Assembly (NCBI GenBank): GCA_046731695.1
Contig: JBKPLR010000001.1
Span: 4,442-68,441 of the forward strand
Direction: 5' to 3'
DNA from: Actinomycetota bacterium
GTDB lineage: Bacteria; Actinomycetota; Thermoleophilia; Gaiellales; Gaiellaceae
Length of the DNA stretch: 64,000 nt
Shown: in pieces, positions 9,157-19,053 of the stretch
Layout of the letters: every line of letters begins with the position of its first letter
Numbering within the stretch: the first letter of the stretch is position 1
The notes under the pieces: generated by a model
Told to the model about the DNA's origin: nothing
Seen by the model: the letters and a program-made list of their open reading frames with translations, nothing else
The model's database searches: none
Position numbers and translations under genes: made by a program

Positions 9157-10451
9157 GCCCGTGAGTTCAACGCGCGAAGGCCTTGTGAGGTTTCGGAAGG
9201 ATTCGGCAGTCTGATGGTTCCTGCACCGACCACGACGTCTCCGTCGTAGAGGACCGCGGCCTGCCCTGGCGCGACACCGTAGGCGGGGTCGTCGAGGAGC
9301 AGTCGGAACCCGCTCTGCGTCGGCTCGACCTGGGCGGGAACCGCGGGTGCCCGATACCGGAGCTTCGCCGCGGCGCGCTCCGCGGGCACGTACAGGCGGC
9401 CGTGGACCTCGACCTCGCGCACGGCGAGAGCCTCTCGCGGGCCGACGACGACCGTGTTCGTCGCGGGATCGCTTCGCAGCGCGTAGAGCGGTTCGGTCCC
9501 GGCGACGCCAAGGCCCCGACGCTGGCCGGGAGTGAACCGCCAGAAGCCTTCGTGCGTCCCGAGCTTCCGGCCTCGGGCGTCGACGACCGGGCCTTCCTCG
9601 GACCGGATACCGTGCCGCCCGAGGAACGAGCGGTAGTCCCCGCCGGCGAGGAAACAGGCCTCCTGGCTCTCCGCACGGCCCGCCGCGGCGAGCCCCGCCC
9701 GCGCCGCCTCGGCCCGGGTCTCGTCCTTGGTCTGCTCCCCGAGCGGGAACCAGATCCGGTTGAGGAAGCTCGGGTCGAGCCGGCCGAGCATGTACGACTG
9801 ATCCTTCCGCGGATCCACTCCGCGCGCGAGCAGCAACCGCCCCTTGTGCTCGAGCGCCCGAGCGTAATGCCCGGTGGCCAGCCGCTCCGCGCCGACGCGC
9901 TCCGCGAACGCGAGCAGCTCGGCGAAGCGGAAGCTCCCGTTGCAGCGAATGCACGGGTTCGGCGTCTCGCCGGCCGCGTACCCACGAACGAAGGGCTCGA
10001 CGACCGCCCGGCGGAACTCCTCGCGCAGGTCGAGGGTAACGTGCGGCAGCCCGAGCGAGTGGCAGGTGGCGCGTGCCTGGAGGACGGCTTGGGGCGAGCA
10101 GCAGGCGCGCTCGGAGTCAGGCCCGCTCGGATCGAGCCAGAGCCGGAGGGTCACGCCGACGGCATGCCGCCCGGCGCGAAGGAGCGCGACGGCGCTGTCG
10201 ACGCCGCCGCTCATCGCGACGGCCACGCGCCACCGCTTCGGGGACGCCCGGAAGATCGGTCCGATCGCGTTCGCGAGCGCATCGACCGTGAGCACGTCGC
10301 CGCCCACGGCGGCGGCCTCGAGGAGGGTTAGGCCTTCGAGCGGCCGCGCGAGACCCTCGGCCTGCGCGCTCACGATTCGCTCGCCGTCGACGGTCAGCCG
10401 CACGAGTGCCCAGCGACCGTCGCGGGAGGCATCCCCCACTACCTCGATCAT
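9153..10451 (-). CDS. mnmA: tRNA 2-thiouridine(34) synthase MnmA with an about 75-aa N-terminal extension
   Basis: PP-loop VAMSGGVDSAVA, catalytic Cys regions ERACCSPQ and SQEACFLAGG, C-terminal barrel. The extension MIEVVGDASRDGRWALVRLTVDGERIVSAQAEG... has coding-like GC3. TAGCCT-N6-ATG sits at 10451. Confidence 0.9.
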   Translation of the reverse strand: MIEVVGDASRDGRWALVRLTVDGERIVSAQAEGLARPLEGLTLLEAAAVGGDVLTVDALANAIGPIFRASPKRWRVAVAMSGGVDSAVALLRAGRHAVGVTLRLWLDPSGPDSERACCSPQAVLQARATCHSLGLPHVTLDLREEFRRAVVEPFVRGYAAGETPNPCIRCNGSFRFAELLAFAERVGAERLATGHYARALEHKGRLLLARGVDPRKDQSYMLGRLDPSFLNRIWFPLGEQTKDETRAEAARAGLAAAGRAESQEACFLAGGDYRSFLGRHGIRSEEGPVVDARGRKLGTHEGFWRFTPGQRRGLGVAGTEPLYALRSDPATNTVVVGPREALAVREVEVHGRLYVPAERAAAKLRYRAPAVPAQVEPTQSGFRLLLDDPAYGVAPGQAAVLYDGDVVVGAGTIRLPNPSETSQGLRALNSRA

Positions 10452-10457
10452 GCACGC

Positions 10458-10463
10458 AGGCTA
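10458..10463 (-). promoter_or_regulatory. -10-like TAGCCT, 6 nt upstream of the mnmA ATG
   Basis: Minus strand reads TAGCCT-gcgtgc-ATG. Confidence 0.4.
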
Positions 10464-10473
10464 GCGAGTAACC

Positions 10474-10498
10474 GCGGGGGGACGCATGGTCCCCCCGC
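10474..10498 (-). terminator. GC-rich hairpin, putative terminator of the upstream operon (no U-tract)
   Basis: 9-bp stem GCGGGGGGA/TCCCCCCGC with a 7-nt loop, immediately upstream of the mnmA -10/-35 area. Confidence 0.35.
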
Positions 10499-10667
10499 AA
10501 AGCTCCACCCTGCCGTTGTCCTGGGCCCATTGCGAACCTGGACTAGCCAGGTGGGTGCCGCGTCGCCTCCGGCGCTCGGCGCCTCGGGTCGAACGACAGC
10601 TCCCTCTGCGTTGGTGTTGGTTCTACATTGAGGACCCGAGCCACGCACAGGGTCGAGCCATCTGAGC

Positions 10668-11099
10668 TTAGCTGGGATTCGTGCCGGCAAAGACCCAGCG
10701 GATCTTCTGGACGCCGTCGACGCCGAGCTTCTCCGCGAGCCTCGGCGTCAACTCGAATTTCCTGCCCGGCGGGACCGGCCGCCGCTCGATCACCTGCGTG
10801 AGCACGAGCGGGCTGTCCTTGAACGCAACGTAGACCTTGATCCCGCAAGGCAGCACCGAGTCGCTGATGCCGATGGTGGCCGGCCGCAGCAGCACGCCGC
10901 AGTTGGTGCGGTGCCCGTAGCGTGCGGCGGTTGCGCCGGCGAGATTCGTGCGCCAGCGGCCTCCGTCGAGCGTGACGGGCTGAAGAAGCGCTTTCGTCTT
11001 CGCTCCGTTGCCGTGCGACGTGACGGCCAGCGCGACGATCGCCGCAAGCAGCGCGACGCCCGCGAGGGCGATCTCTCGCTGCGCGAGGGCCGGGCTCAC
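10668..11099 (-). CDS. Membrane-anchored RlpA-like double-psi beta-barrel (DPBB) protein
   Basis: 143 aa: N-terminal TM, then [32 protein letters not shown]...[33 protein letters not shown], resembling RlpA/expansin DPBB domains. GTGA overlap with the upstream gene. Confidence 0.5.
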   Translation of the reverse strand: MSPALAQREIALAGVALLAAIVALAVTSHGNGAKTKALLQPVTLDGGRWRTNLAGATAARYGHRTNCGVLLRPATIGISDSVLPCGIKVYVAFKDSPLVLTQVIERRPVPPGRKFELTPRLAEKLGVDGVQKIRWVFAGTNPS

Positions 11100-11680
11100 A
11101 CCAGGCCCTCGACGAGCGCATTGCCGAACGCCTCGCGGATCAGCGAGTCGAAGTCGGCGGGAAGGTCACCCGACGTATCCGCGAACGTGCGCAGGTTCAT
11201 GAGCAGGAGCGCTCGCTCTTCGTCGGCCGCAGGGTCCAGACCCTCGGTCTCGTTGGAAATTCGCTCGAGCTCCCAGATGTTCCACTCGCGTGGCGTCAGG
11301 TCGCGCTGGACGAGCGGCACGACGACCTCTGGCTCGGGCTCTGGCTCTGGCTCCGGCTCTGGTTCCGGCTCGGGCTCTGGGGCCGGCGCGAGTTGCACCG
11401 GCTCCGGCTCGGGTTCGGGCTCCGGTTCCGGTTCCGGTTCCGGTTCGGGCTCCGGCTCGGGCTCAGCCGCCACAATCTCTTCGGGCTCGGGTTCCGCGGG
11501 CGATGCGCTCGAGCGCGCCTCGCTCCGCTCGACGACGGCAACCAGCAGCCAGGCGCAGAACATCACGACCGCTATCCAGAGCCAGTCGAGCCCGGCGAGC
11601 CCCACCGCGGCCGCCACGAGGATCAGGAAGCCGGCCTCGAGCAGGAACCGGATCAGCGAGACCCGGCTCCGGAGCTTCAC
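11096..11680 (-). CDS. Two-TM membrane protein with long (Glu-Pro)n repeats
   Basis: 194 aa: TM hairpin, two EP runs ([22 protein letters not shown]; [17 protein letters not shown]), then an acidic C-terminal domain. GTGA overlaps at both ends. Confidence 0.6.
   Translation of the reverse strand: MKLRSRVSLIRFLLEAGFLILVAAAVGLAGLDWLWIAVVMFCAWLLVAVVERSEARSSASPAEPEPEEIVAAEPEPEPEPEPEPEPEPEPEPEPVQLAPAPEPEPEPEPEPEPEPEPEVVVPLVQRDLTPREWNIWELERISNETEGLDPAADEERALLLMNLRTFADTSGDLPADFDSLIREAFGNALVEGLV
11328..11466. repeat. Hexanucleotide (GGCTCN)n coding repeat, two blocks
   Basis: Runs of ggctct/ggctcc/ggttcc/ggctcg encoding the EP repeats on the minus strand. Confidence 0.9.
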
Positions 11681-12276
11681 CTGCCGGCCTCCTCGGGCTC
11701 GTCAGCCTCGGAGCCGAAGAGCTCCGCCACCTCCTGAGCGGCGCGGCTCGGTTCCGGAGCTTCCCGCCGGGGGAGGAGCTTCACGTGGCGAGGCTGCGGG
11801 GCCGGAGCCTCTTCTTGGTCCGGCTCGCGCTTGCGCAGGCGCGCCCGCAACCGTCCCGCGAGCGAAGGCCCTTCGGATGAAGCTTCCGACACTGGCTCCG
11901 GCTCGGGCGCTGGCGCCGGTTCCGGCTCTGGCTCTGGCTGTGGCTCTGGCTCTGGCTCTGCCTCTGCCTCTGGCTCTGGCTCCGGCTCGCGCATGCTGGA
12001 AGGCGGGGCGACCACGGTCCGCTCCTCTGGTTGCGGCCCGAAGATCTTCTCCTCCGCCTCCTCCTCGACGGGTTGCGCGGTTGGAAGCAGGTACGAGATC
12101 GGGGAGCGCTCCATTCGCTCGGCGGTCAGCTCGGCGAGTGCGACGAGCACCCAAGCCGCGGCCATGATCGCGACGATGTAAAGCGGCCTGAGCCCTGCGA
12201 GACCTGCTCCTAGGGCAAGCAGAACGAGGAACAGGACCTCGAGCGCAAACCGGACTCCGAGCCGGCGCGGGAGCAC
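11677..12276 (-). CDS. Two-TM membrane protein with a (Glu-Pro)n repeat, paralogue of 11096..11680
   Basis: 199 aa. The N-terminus aligns with its neighbour (R..RF.LE..FL.L.A..GLAGL..L.I...M...W.LVA..E); repeat [32 protein letters not shown]. Confidence 0.6.
   Translation of the reverse strand: MLPRRLGVRFALEVLFLVLLALGAGLAGLRPLYIVAIMAAAWVLVALAELTAERMERSPISYLLPTAQPVEEEAEEKIFGPQPEERTVVAPPSSMREPEPEPEAEAEPEPEPQPEPEPEPAPAPEPEPVSEASSEGPSLAGRLRARLRKREPDQEEAPAPQPRHVKLLPRREAPEPSRAAQEVAELFGSEADEPEEAGR
11893..11988. repeat. Hexanucleotide (GGCTCN)n coding repeat
   Basis: tggctccggctcgggcgctggcgccggttccggctctggctctggctgtggctctggctctggctctgcctctgcctctggctctggctccggctcg. Confidence 0.9.
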
Positions 12277-12285
12277 GCCGAGAGC

Positions 12286-13161
12286 CTAGCCGTCGTCGTT
12301 GCCGTCGCTCTCCGAAGGCTCACCCTGAACCTCGGGTGAGGGCGGCGGGGGCCCCGGCGATACCGGCGGAGAGACGGGGGGCTCGTCCTCGACGGCCTCG
12401 GGCGCGCGAAGCTCTCCTTGCGGCCCGCCGCGACTCGCCTCCGCGGCAGCCTCGGCAGCGCCGCGGATCGATTCGGCGACGTTGCCGACAGCCTCGTCGC
12501 CGAGGCCGGCCGCGCCGAGCAGCTGCTCCGCGCCTTCCTGGGCCCGGCTGATGATCGCAGCGGCCTGCGAGCGCGCCCACTCGAGCGTCTGCTCGACCTC
12601 GGCCCGCGTCGAGTTCGTCAGCTCCGTTGCCTGGTGCCGCGCCTGCTCCAGCAACCGAGCCGCGCGCGACTCGGCCTCCTTGATCTCCTGCGCAGCCTGT
12701 TGCTCGGCCTCCTGGCTCGTCTGCCTGGCCTCGGCCTTCGCGGCGTTCAACATCTCGGCTCGCTGCCGCTCGCTCTCGCTGCGGTAGCGATCGACCTCGG
12801 CCTCGCGATCCTGCAGCTCGTGCTGGCGCTTGCTCACCTCTTGTTGGGTATGTCGAAGCTGCGTGGCCGATGCGCTCTGAGCATCGCGCTCGATGGTGTC
12901 GGCCATCTCGGCCGCGGCGCGGATCAGGTGCAGCGCGTCCATCCGGACTGCGTGGCCAGTCGGCTCGATGCCGCTCTGGCCGGCTGCCTGCAATACGCGG
13001 AGCTGAACCTGGAGCTGGGTCGTGTGCCGGCGGAAGGCCTCGAAGGCTTCGCGCACCTTGTCACGGTCGTACCCGTCACGCGCGGTCGGGAGATCCTCGA
13101 CCCGCGGCAGCGACGTCAGCGCGGGCGCCTGAGACGCTCTTCCTTGACCTTCACTTGCCAT
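12286..13161 (-). CDS. DivIVA-domain coiled-coil protein
   Basis: 291 aa. The N-terminal DivIVA signature (LPTARDGYDRDKVREAFEAF) is followed by a long heptad-like Q/E/A/R-rich region and a Pro-rich acidic tail. A GAGGAG Shine-Dalgarno lies upstream of the ATG. Confidence 0.65.
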   Translation of the reverse strand: MASEGQGRASQAPALTSLPRVEDLPTARDGYDRDKVREAFEAFRRHTTQLQVQLRVLQAAGQSGIEPTGHAVRMDALHLIRAAAEMADTIERDAQSASATQLRHTQQEVSKRQHELQDREAEVDRYRSESERQRAEMLNAAKAEARQTSQEAEQQAAQEIKEAESRAARLLEQARHQATELTNSTRAEVEQTLEWARSQAAAIISRAQEGAEQLLGAAGLGDEAVGNVAESIRGAAEAAAEASRGGPQGELRAPEAVEDEPPVSPPVSPGPPPPSPEVQGEPSESDGNDDG

Positions 13162-13231
13162 TTCCTTGCACTCCTCGATCGACGACCTGCGGAAAGTATG
13201 ACTACTGCATCGGCTCCTGAAAACCGCGACG

Positions 13232-14967
<1,736 letters not shown>

Positions 14968-14971
<4 letters not shown>

Positions 14972-16203
14972 GCGCGGAGACGCTCGGAGAGCTCTTCGGT
15001 CGGCACGTCCTCGTCCTTTTGGCCGCGGCGCCTGATCGTGGACGTCTCGGGGCCCCACTGGACGACGGTGTTCGCGCCGAGGCGTTGCGCGTGGGTCATC
15101 TGCCCCTTCAGCGACCGACCGCCGTAGTCGACGTCGGCGCTCAGGCCTGCGCGCCGCAGTTCCATGACGAGGGGCAAGGCGCGGGGCTTGTGATCGGTTT
15201 CGAGAAGCGCGACGAAGACGTCGAGGCCGGGCTGCTCCGTGGTCACGCCGGCCGCCTCCATCGACAGCAGCAGGCGCTCGAGGCCAGCCCCGAAGCCGAC
15301 ACCCGGCGTTGGCGCGCCGCCGAGCTCCTCGATCAGCCCGTCGTAGCGTCCCCCGCCGACGATCGAGCTCTTTGCGCCGATCGCCTCGTCGACGAACTCG
15401 AAGGCCGTGCGCGTGTAGTAGTCGAGGCCGCGGACGAGTGTCGGCGAGACCGTGTACGAGATCCCGTAGTTGTCGAGGTGCTCACGAACGGCCTCGAAGT
15501 GGGCTCGGCACTCGTCGCAGAGGGCTTCGCCGATCTTCGGCGCATTCTCCAGGACCTCGAGCACCTTTGGGCTCTTTACGTCGAACACACGCAGCGGGCT
15601 GGTCGCCCGCTTCTGGCGGGCGTCGTCGTCGAGGACTTCGTCGTGCTCATCGAGCCACTTGCTCAGCCGCTCGATGTAGGCGGGCCGGCAGTTCGCGTCC
15701 CCGATCGAGTTCAGGAGCAGCTCGTACTCGGTCACTCCAAGGCGCGCGAGCAGCTCGGCGTAGAGCTGGATCACCTCCGCGTCGATCGCTGGATCTGCCG
15801 AGCCGATCGCCTCGACCGAGAGCTGCCAGTGCTCGCGGTAGTGGCCGCGCTGCGGCGCCGCGTAGCGGTACATCGTCGCGATCGTGAAGAGCTTGACCGG
15901 CTGACCCTCGCGGTGGAGGCCGTGCTCGAGGTACGCGCGCGCGATCGGGGCCGTTGCCTCGGGACGGAGCGTGAGCGAGCGGCCGCCCTTGTCGTCGAAC
16001 GTGTACATCTCCTTCTGGACGATGTCCGAGCCGGCGCCAGACGTTCGCTGGAAGAGCGCGGTGTCCTCGAAGGCAGGCGTCTGGATCCGGCGGTAGCCGT
16101 AGAGCTCGCAGAGACGTTCGGCCTCGCCGATCACGAGCCCCCAGAGCGGTTGCTCCGCGGGGAGGATGTCGTGGGTGCCGCGAGGCGCCTCGAAGGTCGT
16201 CAC
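14968..16203 (-). CDS. hisS: Histidine--tRNA ligase
   Basis: 411 aa, MTTFEAPRGTHDILP...LRPEATAPIARAY...YRYAAPQRGHYREHWQ. Confidence 0.95.
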
Positions 16204-16838
16204 GACGCGCGCAGCGGTGCGAGGAACGGATTCCGCGCGAGCTCGGCTCCGAGCGTGGTCGGCGGCCCGTGTCCCGAGTACACGACCGTCTCGGGCGAGA
16301 AGCGCTCGGTGAGCGCTCGCAGCGTCTCGACGAGCGTGTCCCAGTCGCCGCCCGGCAGATCCGTCCGGCCGACCGAGCCGGCGAAGAGCACGTCGCCGGA
16401 AAAGAGTGAGCCGTGAGCGTGGTACGCGAGGTGCCCCGGCGAGTGGCCGGGCACCTCGAGCGTCGCAAAGGTGATTCCGGCGAGGTCGAGCGTCTCGTCG
16501 CCGGCCAGGAGGACGTCGGGCGTGTAGGCGCTTGCGGGGACGCCCTGCGGCACGAGATCGGGCAGGTTCTGGAGCAGACCCTGCTCGTCCTCGGCCATGT
16601 AGACGGGCGCACCCGTGCCCTCGGCGAGCTCGGCGACTCCGAGCAGGTGGTCCCAGTGGCCGTGCGTGATCAGGATCGCCGCGCAGCGCGCGCCGAGGGC
16701 GGCCAACTCCAACCGCAGCTGTCCTGCGTCGCCGCTCGGGTCGATCACGACCGCTTCGTCCGCGCTTCTCGCCTTTCGAACGACGTAGCAGTTCGTCCCG
16801 ATCGGGCCGAGCTCGTAGCGGTCGACGACGATGCTCAT
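16200..16838 (-). CDS. MBL-fold metallo-hydrolase (glyoxalase II-like)
   Basis: Starts at Met41 of ORF 16200..16958 (MSIVVDRYELGPIGTNCYVV...ILITHGHWDHLLG...GHSPGH). ATGA overlap with the hisS start. Confidence 0.85.
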   Translation of the reverse strand: MSIVVDRYELGPIGTNCYVVRKARSADEAVVIDPSGDAGQLRLELAALGARCAAILITHGHWDHLLGVAELAEGTGAPVYMAEDEQGLLQNLPDLVPQGVPASAYTPDVLLAGDETLDLAGITFATLEVPGHSPGHLAYHAHGSLFSGDVLFAGSVGRTDLPGGDWDTLVETLRALTERFSPETVVYSGHGPPTTLGAELARNPFLAPLRAS

Positions 16839-16896
16839 GAACGGCGTGAGTCTAACGCCGGGCACGCTGCAGCCCGCCGCCCCGCCCGGGTCGCCT

Positions 16897-16978
16897 GCTC
16901 CCTGTTCACGGCGCGCCCAGCCTCCTCCCCACTGCGAGCCTACTGCGGAAACCGTCACGCGTGGGTGACGCGAATGTG
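16897..16978 (-). repeat. Conserved intergenic element, copy D (diverged)
   Basis: Sense (minus) strand: GTCACCCACGCGTGACGGTTTCCGCAGTAGGCTCGCAGTGGGGAGGAGGCTGGGCGCGCCGTGAACAGGGAGC. Shares the GGGGAGGAGGCTGGGCG core and AGGGAGC tail with copies A-C. Confidence 0.7.
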
Positions 16979-17006
16979 CCGAAAGCGTGTCGGTTTCGAG
17001 GGCGGG

Positions 17007-17012
17007 TAGGAT
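17007..17012 (+). promoter_or_regulatory. -10-like TAGGAT, 7 nt upstream of GTG 17020
   Basis: TAGGAT-cgccgcc-GTG, in frame with the cupin ORF. Confidence 0.4.
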
Positions 17013-17019
17013 CGCCGCC

Positions 17020-17370
17020 GTGCGGAGCTGGAACCTCCACGAGATCGAGACGCCCGGAGGTAGCCGCTCGCCCGTCGTCCTCGACTCGGACGACGCTGCC
17101 CGCGTCGTTCTTATCGGGCTCGACCCGGGTCAGGAGCTCGGCGAGCACCAGGTCAAGGAGCACGCGCTCGTGCTGGTTGTCGACGGGTCGGTCCGGGTCG
17201 GCGCAGGTGGAGAATCCCTCAACGCCCAACCGGGAACGCTCTTCACCTTCGAGCCGGACGAGCGCCACACCGTCGCCAGTGACGGCGGCGCCCGGATCCT
17301 TCTCTTCCTCGCTCCCTGGCCCGGACCAGGGCACTACCGAGGAGACACCGGGGCCGCCCCTACCGGTTAG
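17020..17370 (+). CDS. Cupin-domain protein
   Basis: ORF 16987..17370. The small beta-barrel pattern (LGEHQVKEHALVLVVDGSVRVGAGGE...GTLFTFEPDERHTV) fits a cupin. Start moved to GTG 17020 because of the -10 geometry; 16987 is possible. Confidence 0.6.
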   Translation: MRSWNLHEIETPGGSRSPVVLDSDDAARVVLIGLDPGQELGEHQVKEHALVLVVDGSVRVGAGGESLNAQPGTLFTFEPDERHTVASDGGARILLFLAPWPGPGHYRGDTGAAPTG

Positions 17371-17786
17371 CGGCGTCCTACGGCAGCCGGCGACTGGCCG
17401 GTTCGCTTCAGGTACGAGCGGTACATCGCGCGGTCGAGCAGGTACATGAACGGGATGAAGAAGGCGGTATAGAACGCCGTGATGAACACGTGCGTTCCGA
17501 CGGATTGCTTGCTGTTGATGAGCGTGAGCGCGAAGAAAATCGCCGGGGCGAGGATCAGCGCTCGACGGACGACGCGGCTCCAGGAGGGCGGATCGACCCT
17601 GCGAACGGGGCGGCCGCTTCGCGACTTCCTAGAGGTTGGCGCGGCGTCGCGACGCTTCGAAGGCCGCGCGGGCTCGACTTCCGCCTCATCGACCTCGACT
17701 TCACGCCCCTCCTCGTCGACGTAGACGTACTCGTACTCGTGCCGGCGCTCTTTCTGCCGGCGGCGCCGCTGTTTCCGAGAAGGCAC
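17367..17786 (-). CDS. Hypothetical membrane protein (basic/acidic N-terminus, two C-terminal TM segments)
   Basis: Distal part of ORF 17367..17966. Start guessed at GTG 17784-17786, just after the hutI stop. ...ALILAPAIFFALTLIN...HVFITAFYTAFFIPFMYLL. Confidence 0.45.
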   Translation of the reverse strand: MPSRKQRRRRQKERRHEYEYVYVDEEGREVEVDEAEVEPARPSKRRDAAPTSRKSRSGRPVRRVDPPSWSRVVRRALILAPAIFFALTLINSKQSVGTHVFITAFYTAFFIPFMYLLDRAMYRSYLKRTGQSPAAVGRR

Positions 17787-17805
17787 GGGGCTAGCGTACC
17801 GCCGC

Positions 17806-19053
17806 TCAGGCCGCCCAGATCGTCTCGCCCCGGCCGACGACCCGGGAGACGACGTCCCCCGCGAGGTGGTACGCGATGTACCGCCAGTCAGGGGCCTCGA
17901 GCAGGACGAAGTCTGCGTCATAGCCCGGAGCGAGCCGTCCGACTCGGTCCGCCCGTTCCACCACACGTGCGGCGTTCACCGTGCAAGCGACGAGCGCTTC
18001 CTCGGGCGACATGCCGAGCTGCGTGCATGCGAGCGAGCAGACGAGCGGAAGGCTCTCGCAGAACGCACTGCCCGGATTGAAATCCGTGGCCAGCGCAACC
18101 GCCGCTCCGGCGTCCAGAAGTCGACGTGCCGGCGGCATCGGCCGGTCCAGGAAGAGCGCGCTCGCCGGAAGCAGAACGGCCGTCACGTCGCTTGCGGCCA
18201 GCGCCGCGATCCCCTCGTCGCCGGTCGCCTCGAGGTGGTCGATGGATCGCGCGCCGAGCTCGATTGCGAGGCGGACTGCGCCACACTCGGTGAACTGGTC
18301 GCCGTGGAGCCGAAGCGCGAGACCCGCCGCTGCGCAGGCCTCAAGGAAGCGCCGCGCTTGCCTCGCGTCGAAGGCGCCTCGTTCCACAAACACGTCGGCT
18401 GCCTCGGCGATTTGCGCGGCGTGGGGCAGCACCTCGGCCAACGCGAAGTCGAGATACTCGTCCGCCCCGCCGAACTCCGGAGGCACCGCGTGCGCGCCGA
18501 GCCACGTCGGGATCCCCCCGGCGCTTGCGATCGCCCGGAGCGACGCGAGCTCCGTCTCGCGGTCCAGGCCGTAACCGGACTTCGCCTCGAACGTCGTCGT
18601 TCCGGCACGGGCCATCCACCGGCGGTGGCGCTCGACCGCCGCGTGAAGCCCGTCCTCGCCCGCAGCCCTCGTCGCGCGAACAGTCGACAGGATTCCCCCA
18701 CCGGCCGCATGGAGCTCCTCGTAGCTCGCCCCGGAAGCGCGCAGGGCGAACTCGCCCACGCGGTCACCTGCGAAGCACGCATGCGTGTGGCAGTCGATGA
18801 GCCCGGGAACGGCGCAGAGACCGCGACCGTCGAGCTCGACGACGTCTGCGGACGCGAGATCGAGCTCGCTCATCGCGCCGGTGGCCACGACACGGCCGCC
18901 CTCACAGAGGATGAACGCCCGCTCGAGGACCTGGACGTCGCGGAGCGCGGGACCGCGCAGCGGAGGCTCCGTGGCCGCGGGAGTGACGACCTGCTCGAGG
19001 TCGCGCACCAGGAGCTGCTCGACCGCGCCCCCGTTCGCGCTACCGGGGGTCAC
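17806..19053 (-). CDS. hutI: Imidazolonepropionase
   Basis: 415 aa, GLIDCHTH, amidohydrolase metal ligands. GTGA overlap with the hutU stop. Confidence 0.9.
   Translation of the reverse strand: MTPGSANGGAVEQLLVRDLEQVVTPAATEPPLRGPALRDVQVLERAFILCEGGRVVATGAMSELDLASADVVELDGRGLCAVPGLIDCHTHACFAGDRVGEFALRASGASYEELHAAGGGILSTVRATRAAGEDGLHAAVERHRRWMARAGTTTFEAKSGYGLDRETELASLRAIASAGGIPTWLGAHAVPPEFGGADEYLDFALAEVLPHAAQIAEAADVFVERGAFDARQARRFLEACAAAGLALRLHGDQFTECGAVRLAIELGARSIDHLEATGDEGIAALAASDVTAVLLPASALFLDRPMPPARRLLDAGAAVALATDFNPGSAFCESLPLVCSLACTQLGMSPEEALVACTVNAARVVERADRVGRLAPGYDADFVLLEAPDWRYIAYHLAGDVVSRVVGRGETIWAA

Noticed and set aside
10224-10226. Internal GTG as the true mnmA start, which would remove the IscU-like extension.
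   Set aside because: It remains possible. However, the upstream 75 codons have high GC3 and an IscU-like residue pattern, and TAGCCT-N6-ATG sits at 10451. No promoter-like or SD-like signal precedes the internal GTG. It is kept as an alternative in the finding.
11328-11988. Short tandem repeats considered as a possible CRISPR array or non-coding VNTR.
   Set aside because: The repeat unit is 6 nt with no spacers. The repeats are in frame inside two ORFs with conserved TM N-termini and encode Glu-Pro runs. No cas genes are present.
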